The translations under genes and the position numbers were made by a program. A stretch of 52,859 nt of DNA, the filler included, from Sphacelaria rigidula (Eukaryota): the NCBI GenBank assembly GCA_964200075.2. It is 3 parts of 3 records of this genome, joined end to end, with 100 filler letters (N's around TTAATTAATTAA, not from the genome) between each part and the next. Parts side by side here need not be neighbours in the genome. Positions count along the whole stretch, not along the records: positions 17,655 to 35,207 come from CAXNAA020001046.1; 2 more parts are not named here. The stretch is one strand, 5' to 3'. The notes under the pieces were generated by a model. It saw only the letters and a list, made by a program, of their open reading frames with translations. It did not search any database and was not told the DNA's origin. This document shows, piece by piece, positions 22,036 through 34,784 of this stretch. Numbering within the stretch: position 1 is the first letter of the stretch; the number at the start of each line of letters is the position of its first letter.

Positions 22036-25000
22036 CACAGGATAGAATATAACGCCGACTGTAACTTGTGGAATACTCGTACTTGAAGTCGGTAACTGCA
22101 AAACACCCTACCGCGGAGCCATTTTCGGCCACGCCATATTTCCAGTACCCGTTTGCGGCAGTATATACCACAGGGCAATTTCTATCTTCGCAGGAGGTCG
22201 GTTGTCTTTGAGATCTGGCGTATTTGTCAAACCATATCGTGACAACTCACCGTCTCACGCACGCTGCATCACAGCCTACCTTCATTACAACTTGAGTTCT
22301 CAATTCGTTTGGATCGGGTAATGTATCGGCTCTGATCGTCATTCTGAGAACGATATTCTCGTGTTGCTGGCACACCAGAAAATCAGAGTTCGTTTTGTTG
22401 AGTGCCGTTAACACGTAGAAAATGTGGAGGCGAAACCCGATTAGCTTCCCACACCATCATCCCCCGGATTTTCCAACTCGACCAGCGCTAGTACCAGCAG
22501 ACGGGCAAGACCTGCTGCAAAAGAGACGGTTGCAGCGCTCATCGTGACGCTTCTGCGGGAGACTGAACCGGGGAAGATGGAGTGCAAGGTTTGCAAGCAG
22601 TCTTTCGACACCACGGGGAGGGGAATGAGAGAGGCTCAGCTGAAACAGCACGAGGCGTTTGCTAGGCATAAGTACGTTCTGTTTGTCAGGGTCTGAATTC
22701 CACACAAAATAGCTCCTCCACTTTCTCCATGAAATTACCAACCATTCATGTCGTCCAGGTGGCGCGGGGAAAAGTACGCTGATGAACCCCATGCCCGAAG
22801 TATGCACTTGCATCCGTACCTGAACTTGTAATAATTGTATCTCTTGAACGGTGTGACTTGCGTGTTGTTTCGAACTTGAGCGACAGGAACGCGATAAAGC
22901 CTCAGGAAGCCAAGCTTGCGATCGCAAACGTAGCAACGAAGAACTCTGCCGGCGAGTGGATTTGTCCGTGCGATCATGTCTTCGGCAAAGATGCGAAAAG
23001 ACTGACTGAAGACTTCGTTAAATGGCACGGAGACTCGAAGAAGCACAAGTAAGTGTTTCGTTAACGCGTGCGTGTGGTGGTATCGAAACCTCAAATGTTT
23101 GGACGCGAATAAAGCGTGCGACAAAATATGGCCCCCTTTGTCATCACAGCGTTTGAGTGTGTTATGGTTACTTGGAGTCTCGCTGAGCACCTGATTGAGT
23201 TAACAAGGATTGCTTAAACGTTGAAAGAAACAATCACCGCCTTTTGTTGCTGTGTTATTTGGCCAGGGCGCGAATGGTGGTGAAGGGGGGAGTACGTTCG
23301 AACCTCATGATGTTGAACTACTTTTCGAAGACCCCACCTGCATCGAGCGGACCTCAGATGGAGCCACCAAGAGCAACATCGGATCCCGCAGGTAATAACA
23401 GGAGATACGCAGAGGTGGGCAGCGATACTGAGACCGAAAGTCGTCGTGATGGCGGAGACAATGATGTCATCTTGAAGAGAGTTGACCCGCCATCTTCCCC
23501 TGCACAGCGCACGACCCTGGGGTTGCCAGTGGAGCGCTTTCCGTGTTCGGGCTATGCGCTGAACATCCCCCGTCCCGCTTCCCGAAGCTACCCCATCGCT
23601 TTACACGATGGAGCTCAAGGGAACTGCCTGTTGTCCTGGCGCGCCGTCGTCGCGACCGACCCCGTCGTCGCTCATGCGGAGTCGGTCGTTGGTGACAGTA
23701 GTGAAGCATGCGTCGTGTTTGTTGACGAGGAAGGGGCATCTTGCGCGAGCTGTTCAATTCTGGAATACAACATACGACTGCGAGTTACGCCCCTTTGTAT
23801 AACCCGAGCTGTGTAGTTTCTAACTTACTGGTTCCTGTTGCAAGTGAACAGGATTACTCCTACTTTAGTCGAATTGCTCTCGTTATTCAATCGCGTGCGT
23901 ACATAATGTAGTCTACCGCACCGGCGTGATTGGTATTGTATTTCTTCCTTACCGAACAAAAGTAGAAGAGTGCGTTCATTCTTCCATCGCCAGAGGAACA
24001 TATGTTCAGGTTTCGTTGTCCTAGTTTATCCCGCGGACATGAACGCGGATGAGTATAACAGCAAACATTCGTGTGAACAAAAGCGCTGAGCCTTGCGACT
24101 TTCTGGGAGTCAGCTGCAGCATAGTTTACGTTCTCGCCTGAATAACAGCGTAATTATCGCAAATGTTGCTGTTGACAGGCATCTGCGATCGGGCTATGCT
24201 GCCCGTACAAACCTTGGAAGCCCGACACCTCAATTACCGTTACCTGACGGCTAATCAATGTGAAGAAAGAGGGCGCGCATACTCGAAGCGGGTTGACGAG
24301 GGGCGCGGCAATTCAACCTCATGAAGTAGGTGATGCGGATAGCAAATCAGCTCGACACAAAGCGCTTTGTGCTGTTCCTCGGCAAGAACGACGTGCCGGG
24401 ACTGTGGCATCACATGGCACATGTGCTGAAGGAGGGCTATGCAACGCCTGAAATGCTCGCAAAGCTTCAACGGGCAGTGGAGGGACGGTACAGCGCGCGG
24501 GGCAATAGTACGGATGACTTGGATCTTGCCATCCTCGTATTGCGACTTGGGGGACCAGCCTCGTTGTTTACTCTTCATCAAACATCAGGGCTCCCAAGTC
24601 TTGCGACTGTCCGGAGACACCTTAAGAACCACGGGGTGAGTATGTAGGCGAATGAGCGCATGTGATGTTAGAAAGACGTGATTGCTCATTCGCGGGTGTT
24701 GACTACTCAAGGGTGGCGCTGCGTAAGTTGTGGGCGCCTGAGCCATCCACTACGTACGCCGGAACCGCAACTTCACGGTTTTGAAGTGTAGATATTGCCT
24801 CTTATCGCGTGGCCGTCCTCTGCATGCCCTTCATGATCTGTGCAGATGACTTTCTTGCCCCCCGCCTGCTTGAGCCAAGAAGCCCTTGAGAGAAGCATTA
24901 TGGCAAATCTTGGGCAGATCGCCACGACGTACGTATGGATGAAGAAGGTGTGGCTGATATTGATGGATGAGTTGGCCCTGGAGATGCGGGCGAGGTACTC

Positions 25001-26537
25001 CGACGAAGATAACACGGTAAAATCAGAAAAAAGACGAAGAGAAAAAACTCGTACGCGGGACTGATGGTAGTAAAATCCACTGCTGTGCGTCAGGCCTGAA
25101 CATGCCACAATATTATGGGACCCAGATGCTCTTGTGCACGTTTGCAATGATAAGAGGGTGACATGCGTCGCTGTTGACTTGTTGTTTTGTCGTGAATGTT
25201 GCACGTTTTGTATGGTCGCTCGCATTGTGCGTGGATCGATCAACAACTTCCATTATTTTGAACGGTATTGCAGATCATGGGCCCATGTGTTCAGCACACG
25301 AATCCCGACTTCATCACGCTCAAAACCATCGCCGGTGTGGAGAGGCTGGGCAAGATGGTGGCGGACGGAAAGTGCCACCTGGGCAGTGAAAGCACGGTGA
25401 TTTCTCTCATCGCGATGGGAGGAGGGCATACGCTGCCGGCCATTGCGTTCAACAGCTGTAAGGAGAGCAACCATGTCCAACAGCGGAGGGTACTGGACAC
25501 GGTAGGCAATACAAAATCGGAGACGTTGTATGTACTAAAATTGAGCCGCTTACTGCTTTCCGATACGTGGTGTATACGTCGACGACAGATTTCGGTGTGT
25601 GTGTGTGTGTTCTGTTGTGCTGTTACTTGACAGGTACCCGATTGGTTGCGCTGAGCTTTGTACTGAATGACTGGTTTCCGGTCAGGTCACGCAGGGATAG
25701 ACGTAGGCACACGACCTGTAACAGGACGACCGCTTTGTACCCCGAGCTGCAGTACATCCGCCGTATTTGGATCGCCCTTTGTCGACACGAATCTCGTGAT
25801 CCATTGTCACCGGCAACTAGGTGGAGAGGCTTTGGAATCACCACTTTCGCCAGGACAACGGCAGTTTTGTCGCCATGGCCTCTGACGGTGATGCTGTACG
25901 GCACAGAGTGCTTCTCGACAAAGGTGGCGAAATTGCCTCAGACCCCTTGAATCATCTCCCCCTGCAGGACAACACCCACAGCGAAAGCGAAGTTTGACAG
26001 GTGCTGGATTTGAAGCACATTATCAAGCGCGAGCGCTTGTGCGATATCAACGCAAAGGATGTAAGGATTCGGCCGGAAGGACTCCCGCCCAATGCTGACC
26101 TGAACAAGCGTCCTTTTCTCATGAAGGACGCCGACATGCCTGTGACTTCTTTGTTCGACGTTACTGACAGGTGCTACCAGCGGGTGTGAGGCGTATTGTT
26201 TTGATGCGTTGTTCGGGCTTACGTACTGCCTCCTCCGGCATAAATCCCCAACTGGATCACCCCCACGCTTCCAGCCCCATCTCACGCAAGTAACCGCGCT
26301 CTGCTCCGGGTACCCACGAATGCTGCATACCTTCGCAGGCAAAATGTGGATGCAGCCGTGAGACTTCAACGGACTATTGTGGAAGTCGCAGAGACACCGC
26401 AGTCGGGATTTGATGGCATCCAGCAAGGTCTCGCCATGCAAGACGCCTATGAGGATATTCAGGTGTGCCATAATACATTTCTTGGACCTGTAAACCCTCG
26501 AGTGGACGGCAACAATTGCGCCATCGTACAGTCCACG

Positions 26538-26784
26538 ACACTTTTAACGATAGCCCCCCCCCAAAACCAGCCCAAAAGTGTAACGAAAAAATAGTCATAC
26601 AGCGCCTGGTGTTTGGGTTCAGGCTGCATGAAGCGCCTCGTGTTGGCGACATTGCCTAGAACGAACCCAAGCGTGGGAATGCCCAGCTTCTCGCTGTGCT
26701 CGGCTTCTCTCGTTTCAATTTACGTGAAGATTTTGCCTCACAAAACCATACACTTTTTTGGGGGGGGGCTATCGTAGAAAGTGT
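26538..26784. mobile_element. ACACTTT-family MITE inside a transposase intron
   Basis: TIRs acacttttaacgatagccccccccc-aaaa and tttt-gggggggggctatcgtagaaagtgt. Its interior is homologous to 35067-35207. Confidence 0.85.
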
Positions 26785-29737
26785 CTCACTTGCGCCTTGA
26801 ATCTCCCCTTGTCGGTAGTGGCGAGCCGTGCCTTGTATGTTGTTGATAATCTTTCCCACAACCCTTCTCCATCCCTCCTGTCGGCGTCAGGTGCGGGCAG
26901 CGATTGCCAAGCGGCTTGTGGCTGTGCTCTTCGACAGCACGAAAGGCTTGGCGAGCTTCTACAGGGGCTGTCGTGCGCTGCCCATTTGTTGCTGATTTTG
27001 TTCCGTGTCAATGGGACAGCCTTCAAGACATCCCAGTCATACCACGATATCCACGGCACCGTGCGAGAAATATTCTTTGTCGTGCAGCGAGCGAAAGTCC
27101 TTCGCCCGGGTGAGAAGATGTACCTTTGGCAGGTGGGCTCGGATGGTTTGGAGAACCTTTTTGCCGTTGTGAGGACCCTAACCCACTCCCGCAAGGTCGA
27201 CCTGATTGATGTGGGAAAGCGGCTTGGAGCGGCTGTGGCGATGGAGAGGGTGTACAGCGACCACGAAGGTCAGAGGCGAGTGTCTAGATGCCTTAATGGT
27301 ACTCTTGACCACATGAACAGCACTACGTGGGACAAGGGCGCGGCGGGCAACACCGATGTGCGTCGTGTGGATCTCGCCTCGGTTTGGGAGTGCGGGTGTA
27401 TGAACGCTGTGTCTATTCTCCGGGATCACCCTGTCTACGGCGCTTGGGGCTTCAACATCAGCAGGGAATCATTCCTACAGTTGAAGAGAGACGGGATTAC
27501 GATGCTTAGGCCGTTCGGGTGAGCTGACATGTATGGGTTGGTAGGAAATTTTAGATTATCTGCTCTGTGCTATTCAAGGATACTGAGTGAGGTAACTCCA
27601 CTGTAGTTCGGATTTGGCACGTCGGGAGCTCCACGTGGGTCGGTTACCTGATTCCATCTACCAGCTTTCTATACGTCGGCTCTACTCCTGTCTCTCACGT
27701 GTGACCATCACCGGTATCATGTTCATGTCAACTCAGGTGGAGTCTACGACAAGGCCGTTGCTGGCGTGAGCGCCGCCTCTCGTGTTTAAAATCAAGCGAA
27801 GTGCGATATGCGTACTTCAAAAATGTTTTGTATATTTCGCTTGAAGGAAGTCATGCCTGAGTCATTGTTGTAAACTCATGTTCATGAGTCGTTGCCTTTC
27901 ATTTTTTTCCCAACTTGACACCCTTGCAGACCTGAAAAGCCGGTGCTTGGGTTGAACCTCATACCAGCCGAGGAGAAAGAGGAGGGGAGGAGGAGAACCA
28001 GCAGCAGCTAGGTCAATCGCCCATTATTTCTGTATCTGGATGCCAGTCGGAAGAGCCGCACGATCTCAACACTGTACTTGCTGCGCAGCAAGCTGGAGAC
28101 ACGGAGATTTCTCCGTTTGTTGATGTCAGCAGTAAGCAGGTGATTGAGTGGGTGGGGGAGAGGCGGGGTACTGTTTGCGCATTATCATCGACAAATCCTC
28201 GAACTTTTTTACAGGGAGACACGGTGTACATCCGGTGTCGGTAATCGTATCACTGATGTTTGCCTTTGCCTTCACTCGTTGCGGTGGGTACACTTGCTCG
28301 TTTGGTGTTTTACCGCACCGTCAAACAGAGCTTACAACACTGTTGGCACAAGGTTGGCACGTTAAATTCGCACACTTCACAGATCATCACCTCTGTGCGT
28401 GTTGAGAATGTATTCGCCGCAGGTGTACAAACAAGCTGTCATTTCCCTCTACCTCGGTGTTGAGGCTAAATCAGCTTCTCGGGATCGTCTCTCTTAGGGC
28501 AGGGAGTTTACACCGACGCCGTCCGCCGATGGCGCCTCACGTACGGAGGTGCCTCTTCAAGTGGAAGATCCGTTCGCTACATCTTTGGCATCTCCTGGTA
28601 ACATGGGGTCGTACTCCTTAGCTCTGTTTCAGACAACTGTTGTTGTGAAGAAGGCCGGTGCAGGGGTTGTGGTGAATTTCGGAGGGCAGGTGCGTGGCAG
28701 CCTCTTACGGATCGCTGAGGTCAGGGGACGGTCCTCGGCAGACGCAGAGAGAACGTGGGAGTGGGATCGGACGCAGTACGAAGGTCTGCACCGTCATCAT
28801 CATAAAATATCCTCCAACTTTGCGATACCCCTTGATCCCCGCATGAGCAATGACTTCAAAACGTTCCTCTTCACATACGATGAGCTCCAGGGGCTGAAGG
28901 AGGCTCGTATTTGCGCGGTTGATGGACTGAAGGGATGGTGTGCCCTTCCAACGCAGCTGTGATACCAGGTTGACGACCTGAACCCACTGCCAATTCACGA
29001 GGACTTCACGCACTCCCGTCCGTTGGCCGACTCGTCATTTTGTGCAGTCGGAGGGGGCGCAAACGGATACCTTGCATGCGAAATCTGTGCCGTCGAGGTG
29101 ACGAGGGCAAAAATGCTCCACCATGTCGGCGGCCACATGCTTCAGCGCGAGGAGTTGCGGGAAAGGAATGTTTGCGGATTTTGTGCCCGGTCGGGGCAGT
29201 GCCGTTCTTCCATCAAGGTTCCCACCAAGCGTAACCAAATTGGAACAGAACTGTCCAACTGTCGCTACGCGCCTAGGACGGACATGCGGGGCGAGGAGGT
29301 ATACCTGCGTTTTCTTCGGCCAAAGTGTCGAGCAGGTCAACCCCCTGCACCAACCTGCCCATGCTGTGTGAGTTTTGTGTGCAGCGACAGTACATTTGGA
29401 AGTATGGTATGGACGATCATGTCGCTGTGAAACACGCAGTCAAGTGCGCCCTGCTCCAGAGCAAGGACGAGGCCAAGGCTTTCGTCAAGGAGTACACAGT
29501 CTCAGGTGCGGAAAAATAGCTCGTTCTAGCGGCTTTCAATCAGTCCTTGAAGACAGTCTTCAAAGTCGAAGTCTGGGAGCGGAAGGGGTAGACCGCACAA
29601 AACGGCACACGATAATACGGCCACGGTTGATGGGAACGCAACAGGACGGGCGACGGCAGCGTGAGACGGGAGCTGGAAATGAGGCGGGTTATAAAGATGG
29701 CAGCGTGGATGATAGTAGTGAGGAAAACGAGAAGGAC

Positions 29738-29777
29738 AAAGAAGAAGAAGAAGAAGAAGAAGAAGAAGAAGAAGAAG
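29738..29777. repeat. (GAA)n microsatellite (poly-Glu in the transposase C-terminal tail)
   Basis: Direct reading. Confidence 0.9.
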
Positions 29778-30640
29778 ATAGCACGGGAGGGGGCGGGCGG
29801 GGACGTGAGAGTCGCAAAACGCGTGGCAGGTCTCGTCTGGTAGACAGCGCAGCGGGGCAGGCGGACAAATCTGTCCTGCCACCTAGGAGCCAGCGTGGAC
29901 GTTTGAGACACGCGAAAAGGCGGTTCCCTTATGATTCTTGAAGGCCTCTGTAGTGTAAGTAGATAGTCATGCGGGTGGCGTGTTCCACACAGGGTCTTCA
30001 ACTTGGCTTATTTACGAATGTACAATGCACAACAGTGTTTGGATTTTGCTCGCGTAGTAGCCTTCCTGCTTGCCAATGAGCGGATCCTGACGATCAACAC
30101 TATTATGCAGCAGTTCACACCAAGGCTAGCACGCTCCATACCATTGACGACTGCGATTACCACAGTCGAAAGTGACCGCGGGTCAGAGAAGTTTTGCCTC
30201 GGTTGTAGCAACCGCAACCTTCACGGCGGTCAGCACAACAAGACTGCCACGCAAATGTCGCGAGACATGCTTGCTGCTTGCGCCTTCAAACATGAATAAG
30301 AGTGCAAGATGGGTTGCAACTATATGGCACAAGTTCCCGGCAAAAAGCGTTCAACTGCGTTCGTCGAAAGTGACGCGGGTCAGCGCGATAGTACCCCCCC
30401 CAATCCCCCACCCCGCTGTCCCCCTACACGTTTATTCATCGCGCACACACACTGTTAATGGCGCCTTCCAGCGCACGAACGTGTCTGGCAGCTCAAGAGC
30501 AAGATTCAAGACGAACGCGGCACATAGTGGCAAAATACGAATTGAAAAGGAAATTCCGTGATTTTGTGTAAAAAGCCGGGCCCAAAAAGGGGGTTCGTAG
30601 GGGGTTGGGGTTAGTCATTTCCAATTCCGATATACCCCTG

Positions 30641-30914
30641 GTAGAGCGCTGATTGAGAGTGGCTTTCATCACTCGCTTTAACTTAGTCAACTTTTCATTC
30701 CGCGTGTGCTCTTCTTTTCCTCCATCACTTGCGTTAGCTCGCAGCTACACGTCGATATCCTACTCGGGGATGTTAAGGGCCTCAGTGGCAAGCTACTACA
30801 GAAAGCTTATTTGGCCCCGTGGAGGGGCTTTCCGGAAGTGAAACGATTCACTCACTGATTCACCGCTTTTCACTCCCAACCGTATCCTCTACTCTCAACT
30901 TGACGAAAACACTG
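30641..30914. mobile_element. hAT-like MITE, one end truncated
   Basis: Reverse-complement homolog of ~36342-36627. Ends in ...ctctactctcaacttgacgaaaacactg, which is a CAGTGTTTT terminus. Confidence 0.65.
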
Positions 30915-31657
30915 TTCTTCGAAAAAAGAAGCAGATGCAGTCTTCGAATGTGATGTTTGGCCTTGCTAGTTCTGTGAAAATGTCCGACTGAAATTTTGTA
31001 AAACTACGCAATAACAAGGATATCTGACGAATGGAAACAACTGTTTTTTGTACGGAAGGAAACGGAGGTCGAGATTGGTCAGTATAAGCAGGGGATTTTA
31101 CAAACCGCGGATTGACTGTTGTGAGGATGAGCGAGGCCACATATCACGGCCGTAACGTGCATCTACCATCTCTTCTCGAAAACATTTCGATGTTCATGAA
31201 CGTTTGCAAGGCTCATCCTCAAAATAAAACCCATCCGTAATTTGTAAAATTCCGTGTTAGTTGGGTGATTGAGAGTGGAGAAAAGTCGACCGTTTCAAGT
31301 GGAGTCACCCTTGAGGCGGTTGATGTCGAATATAGCAGCCTTGAACGAACTCGATGTTGGGTGCAGTGTGTACTGTCGCTAAAGCCATCGAGTACAACAG
31401 ACGTGCGAAAGACATCACACCCTGGACAGTAGATTACATTGTCAAAAAGTGTACTGCGTGCAGTATGGAATCCTCTTCTCTATTGCAATAGACACAAAAG
31501 TCGATATTGTTCGTTGTACACTGTTTGGCGATGCAATATATTGTCCAAGGCGCGGAAGACAAACACCCCCCGGACCTTATCCGAGGCTCGTGAAGAAGCT
31601 GATCACTGACGTGTACTCAGTGACGATGTGACGACATTTGTTGGGATAGGTTCCGCC

Positions 31658-31954
31658 GCATCCCGGTGGTGTAATGGTCCGACTGTCGCCATTAGGGCAG
31701 AGAGAACGAGGGTTGATTCCCGATGCGTCGGGTTTTTCTTTGTAGTATCTGATTTCCATTGTGGAAAGTGTAAGAACGTGAGTAAACAAAGCAGCCGACT
31801 GAGTTTGATTGATGTTAGTTGACGCAATGCGGGAAGGCTGGCCCAATTCGCGAGACCAAAATGCAAGGCGTGCACCGGGGAGAGATGGGTTGATCCCTTG
31901 AGAACACGGACTTAGCCCGAGGGAAGGCAGGGGTTCAAAGCGCGACAAACAAAA
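31658..31954 (+). mobile_element. tRNA-derived SINE, family B (copy with head)
   Basis: A box TGGTGTAATGG (31667), degenerate B box GGTTGATTCC, gcatc/gatgc stem. The 3' body is shared with 5323-5511, and the end is A-rich. Confidence 0.65.
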
Positions 31955-33018
31955 TATAGGGCGGTGCGCAAGCGAGTATCGTACTTTCGAATTGTGCATG
32001 GTTTGATCGACAACCAACAATCAACAGAAAGTTGATCTAATCGTAATACTTCGTACAAAATCAAATCAATTATCAGTCAATAGTCGACGCTTGATTATGT
32101 GTTTTTTACTTGTCAAGCAAAGGTCATGATAAGAACGGAAGATTTGAAGATGCATATCGCTTCTCGGCATACAACTGCATCGTATATTGTCCTTCCTAGA
32201 CTCGATTGATTTCCAGTGAAGACCATAGCGCTCGGTTTGGTCAGTCGAATATGAAAAGTCGACAAACACGCCACCCCAGGACGTGGGTTGCGACCCAGGC
32301 TGAAAGTCTATCTGGTCTCCATCCGTAGTTGTTCCCGCACGGGAATTGAACGACCGGGGCGAGAAGATCCGAACATTTCAAAAGCTGGCACGGGTCAGGT
32401 CTGAGAGTAAATGGGTGTCGGATAGACAGACGGACAGAGAGATAGACACCTCTTCATTTTTCGTTGTAGAGAGTTCAGTGTACCACCGTAGAATTGAGGG
32501 GCTCCTAATTTAGAACCTACACACAAGCATGGTTCGGAACATTCCCGTCTGATCGTTCATTCGAGCTGTGCCTGACCCATTGGCAAGCAAATCGTGGCGT
32601 AATCTCATATATTTCAGAAGTCTTCCATTGGGTGACAGGAAGCCTTCTTACATTTCCAACCCGATACATCGTTTGTTCACCCCTACCGTGGCACGACTCC
32701 GATATTGAAGGATCGCATGTGTACATGGAATAATATATGAGCGTCGGAATCGTCATCGCTGTTACCGAGAAGGCAAGCATACGACGTACCGATAGATGAA
32801 TCATTTTCTTTTATCGAGTCAAGGCCTAGCAAGCATAAGAGCTCAAAGCAGACTTCTGTGGGGAGGTTTTGATTTGCACACGTAACCTGCCTTGGCGTCA
32901 CTGCTGTCAATACTATTCGATGCGTTTAATACAGCTTGCGGTTTTACTTTCAGGGTAGAGTAACTTCTTGATGGTTGATACGTACTTGAGATGCTCATAC
33001 GTCACCTCATCCATTGTA

Positions 33019-33216
33019 GTGCGCGAGGGTACCGCGTGATGTTTGGGCCGCATCGGAGTTCAAAACACCCCGGGACAGACGTTTTTCAAGGCCGCTCGGC
33101 TTAATCCCTGCAGGGTCCGCGCCCGCGACTCTAACACTAATACTAACACTAACCCTAACCGCAGGGGTGTTCAAACTCCGATACGGTTAAAAAAAGCACG
33201 CAGTCCGCTCACGCAT
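33019..33216. mobile_element. MITE with ~50-bp TIRs enclosing telomere-like hexamers
   Basis: gtgcgcgagggtaccgcgtg...atcggagttcaaaacacccc versus ggggtgttcaaactccgat...cacgcagtccgctcacgcat. The interior reads ctaacactaatactaacactaaccctaacc. Confidence 0.7.
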
Positions 33217-34784
33217 GACACCATCCGAGCAAAACTTTCGAGCACTCAACAGGAGATCCTGGGTTATGAGAACGGGAGTTTCATGTGAGAAGGAACGGGG
33301 CCGAAACTGTAGATAGCACGATCAAGTGATACCCGTCGAAGGTACAATTGGGCTCCCGCGAAGGTAGATTGGAGGAGGTCAGGGGCAGACCGCATATTCA
33401 CCTCCGCGTGTAGCGGACACGCCCGAGCATCTATTTGTTGTGTTGTTGCGACGTAGACCGAACACGATCCAACATTACGAGATCGGGACGGGCACAAAGC
33501 CGAGTGCTTACGAAACCAGAGCCGACCAAACCGTGCCCCACCCGTGATGAGTGAGTAGGATGATGAAATATAGTTTTTCTTCTTTAGAATGGACCGTCGA
33601 CAACAAAATGGACAGGAGGCAGCAGTAGCAGTGCCTATTTAGCTCGCAACGCAGGGATCAATTGATGGATTCGCGATCCGATGGGGTAACGACTTTTCAG
33701 TCATGTCAAGCTGACGAGTTCCTTCAGCGCCTCTAAACCCAAGTCGCATTTTTATTCGACTAGTTTACCGTGCAGACATATGAGACCCATTTGCATGAGA
33801 TCCGCTCAGAGTCAAATTCGCGCCCAATTTTGAATGCTTTGTGTAGAATCAACTTCCATGAAAGAACAAAAGTGATCCCCAAGATTTTGAGTTTTGGATG
33901 GCGGACGGGTTTCAGATCAAAATGAGTACCCACTTCTGAACGCCCGACCACAACTGAGGAGTTGTTTGAAATTGGGAACAGAGCTAAACTGTGGGACATG
34001 TCATACCTTACCTTACTGCAGCAGAAGCACGACGCGACCTCGCTCATGTGCTGTTGTGGTTTTGATTGTACCGTGGTATGCTTGGACCTTGAGAGAACGG
34101 CTTGGTCTCCGCTGGGATTGCCGGAGCCCCTCTACGGTTGTTTTCTCCGTACAAAATACTTGCAGTCGGTACGCAGTGCTGTCTCTTCAACGACGGAATG
34201 CCATTATAATGTCCTGTGACTGACACTGTAGTGTGGTGCGCTTTAACCTTGCGACGACGGTTTGATCTGCGCAGGGGGTTGCCTGAATCGCTGTACTGCT
34301 GTTGTGTCCTGATCGATACGAAAGCTGTGGTCAATGCAGTTTTCTCTATAAACTGTGAAACATGTCATGGTCTGTCGGCCGTTGAGGGTTCTGTTGAACG
34401 AACAAGGCGCTACGTGCTCACACCCACCATTTCTATGCCGTCGTTGTCGCTATACTGTGTCACGTTCAAACCCTTCGAAACCCGTTTGATCCGAGGTGGA
34501 CACTGCCTAAGCTACTGTACTACTGCTGTATACAGTATGTATACGATTGGGGTAGGAGAACAGTGTCTGTCGATGGTTGATTGATTGGTTGATCGCCGCA
34601 CTTTAAGTGACCTCCCAGGGGTCCAGCCGTGGTCTAATGATGGACGTACCGAAGAAAAACGAAACTGAAACACGCTCTGAAGAAAAAAAACAGGGGGAAA
34701 AAAGTCGAACATAACGACATAGCAAACTACAGTGCCCAGAAAAGCTCGATGAGCTGCAGCGTCGGGCAGTATGGTGGTGTGAAT

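Larger units (their letters stand above)
22577..29941 (+). pseudogene. Intron-rich P-element-superfamily-like DDE transposase, pseudogenised
   Basis: Exons at about 22577-22671, 22887-23048, 23267-23784, 24179-24635, 24846-25016, 25274-25501, 25821-26170, 26339-26462, 26891-27518, 27930-28139 and 28423 onward; nearly all junctions are GT-AG and phase-compatible. Motifs: GLPSLATVRRHL, LMDELAL (D at 24966), ASDGD (D at 25884), DLKHIIKRER, DRQNVDAAVRL, GSDGLENLFAVVR (E at 27151). Stops at 24327, 25995, 28495 and 28960; frameshifts near 24305, 26945 and 29310. Confidence 0.8.
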
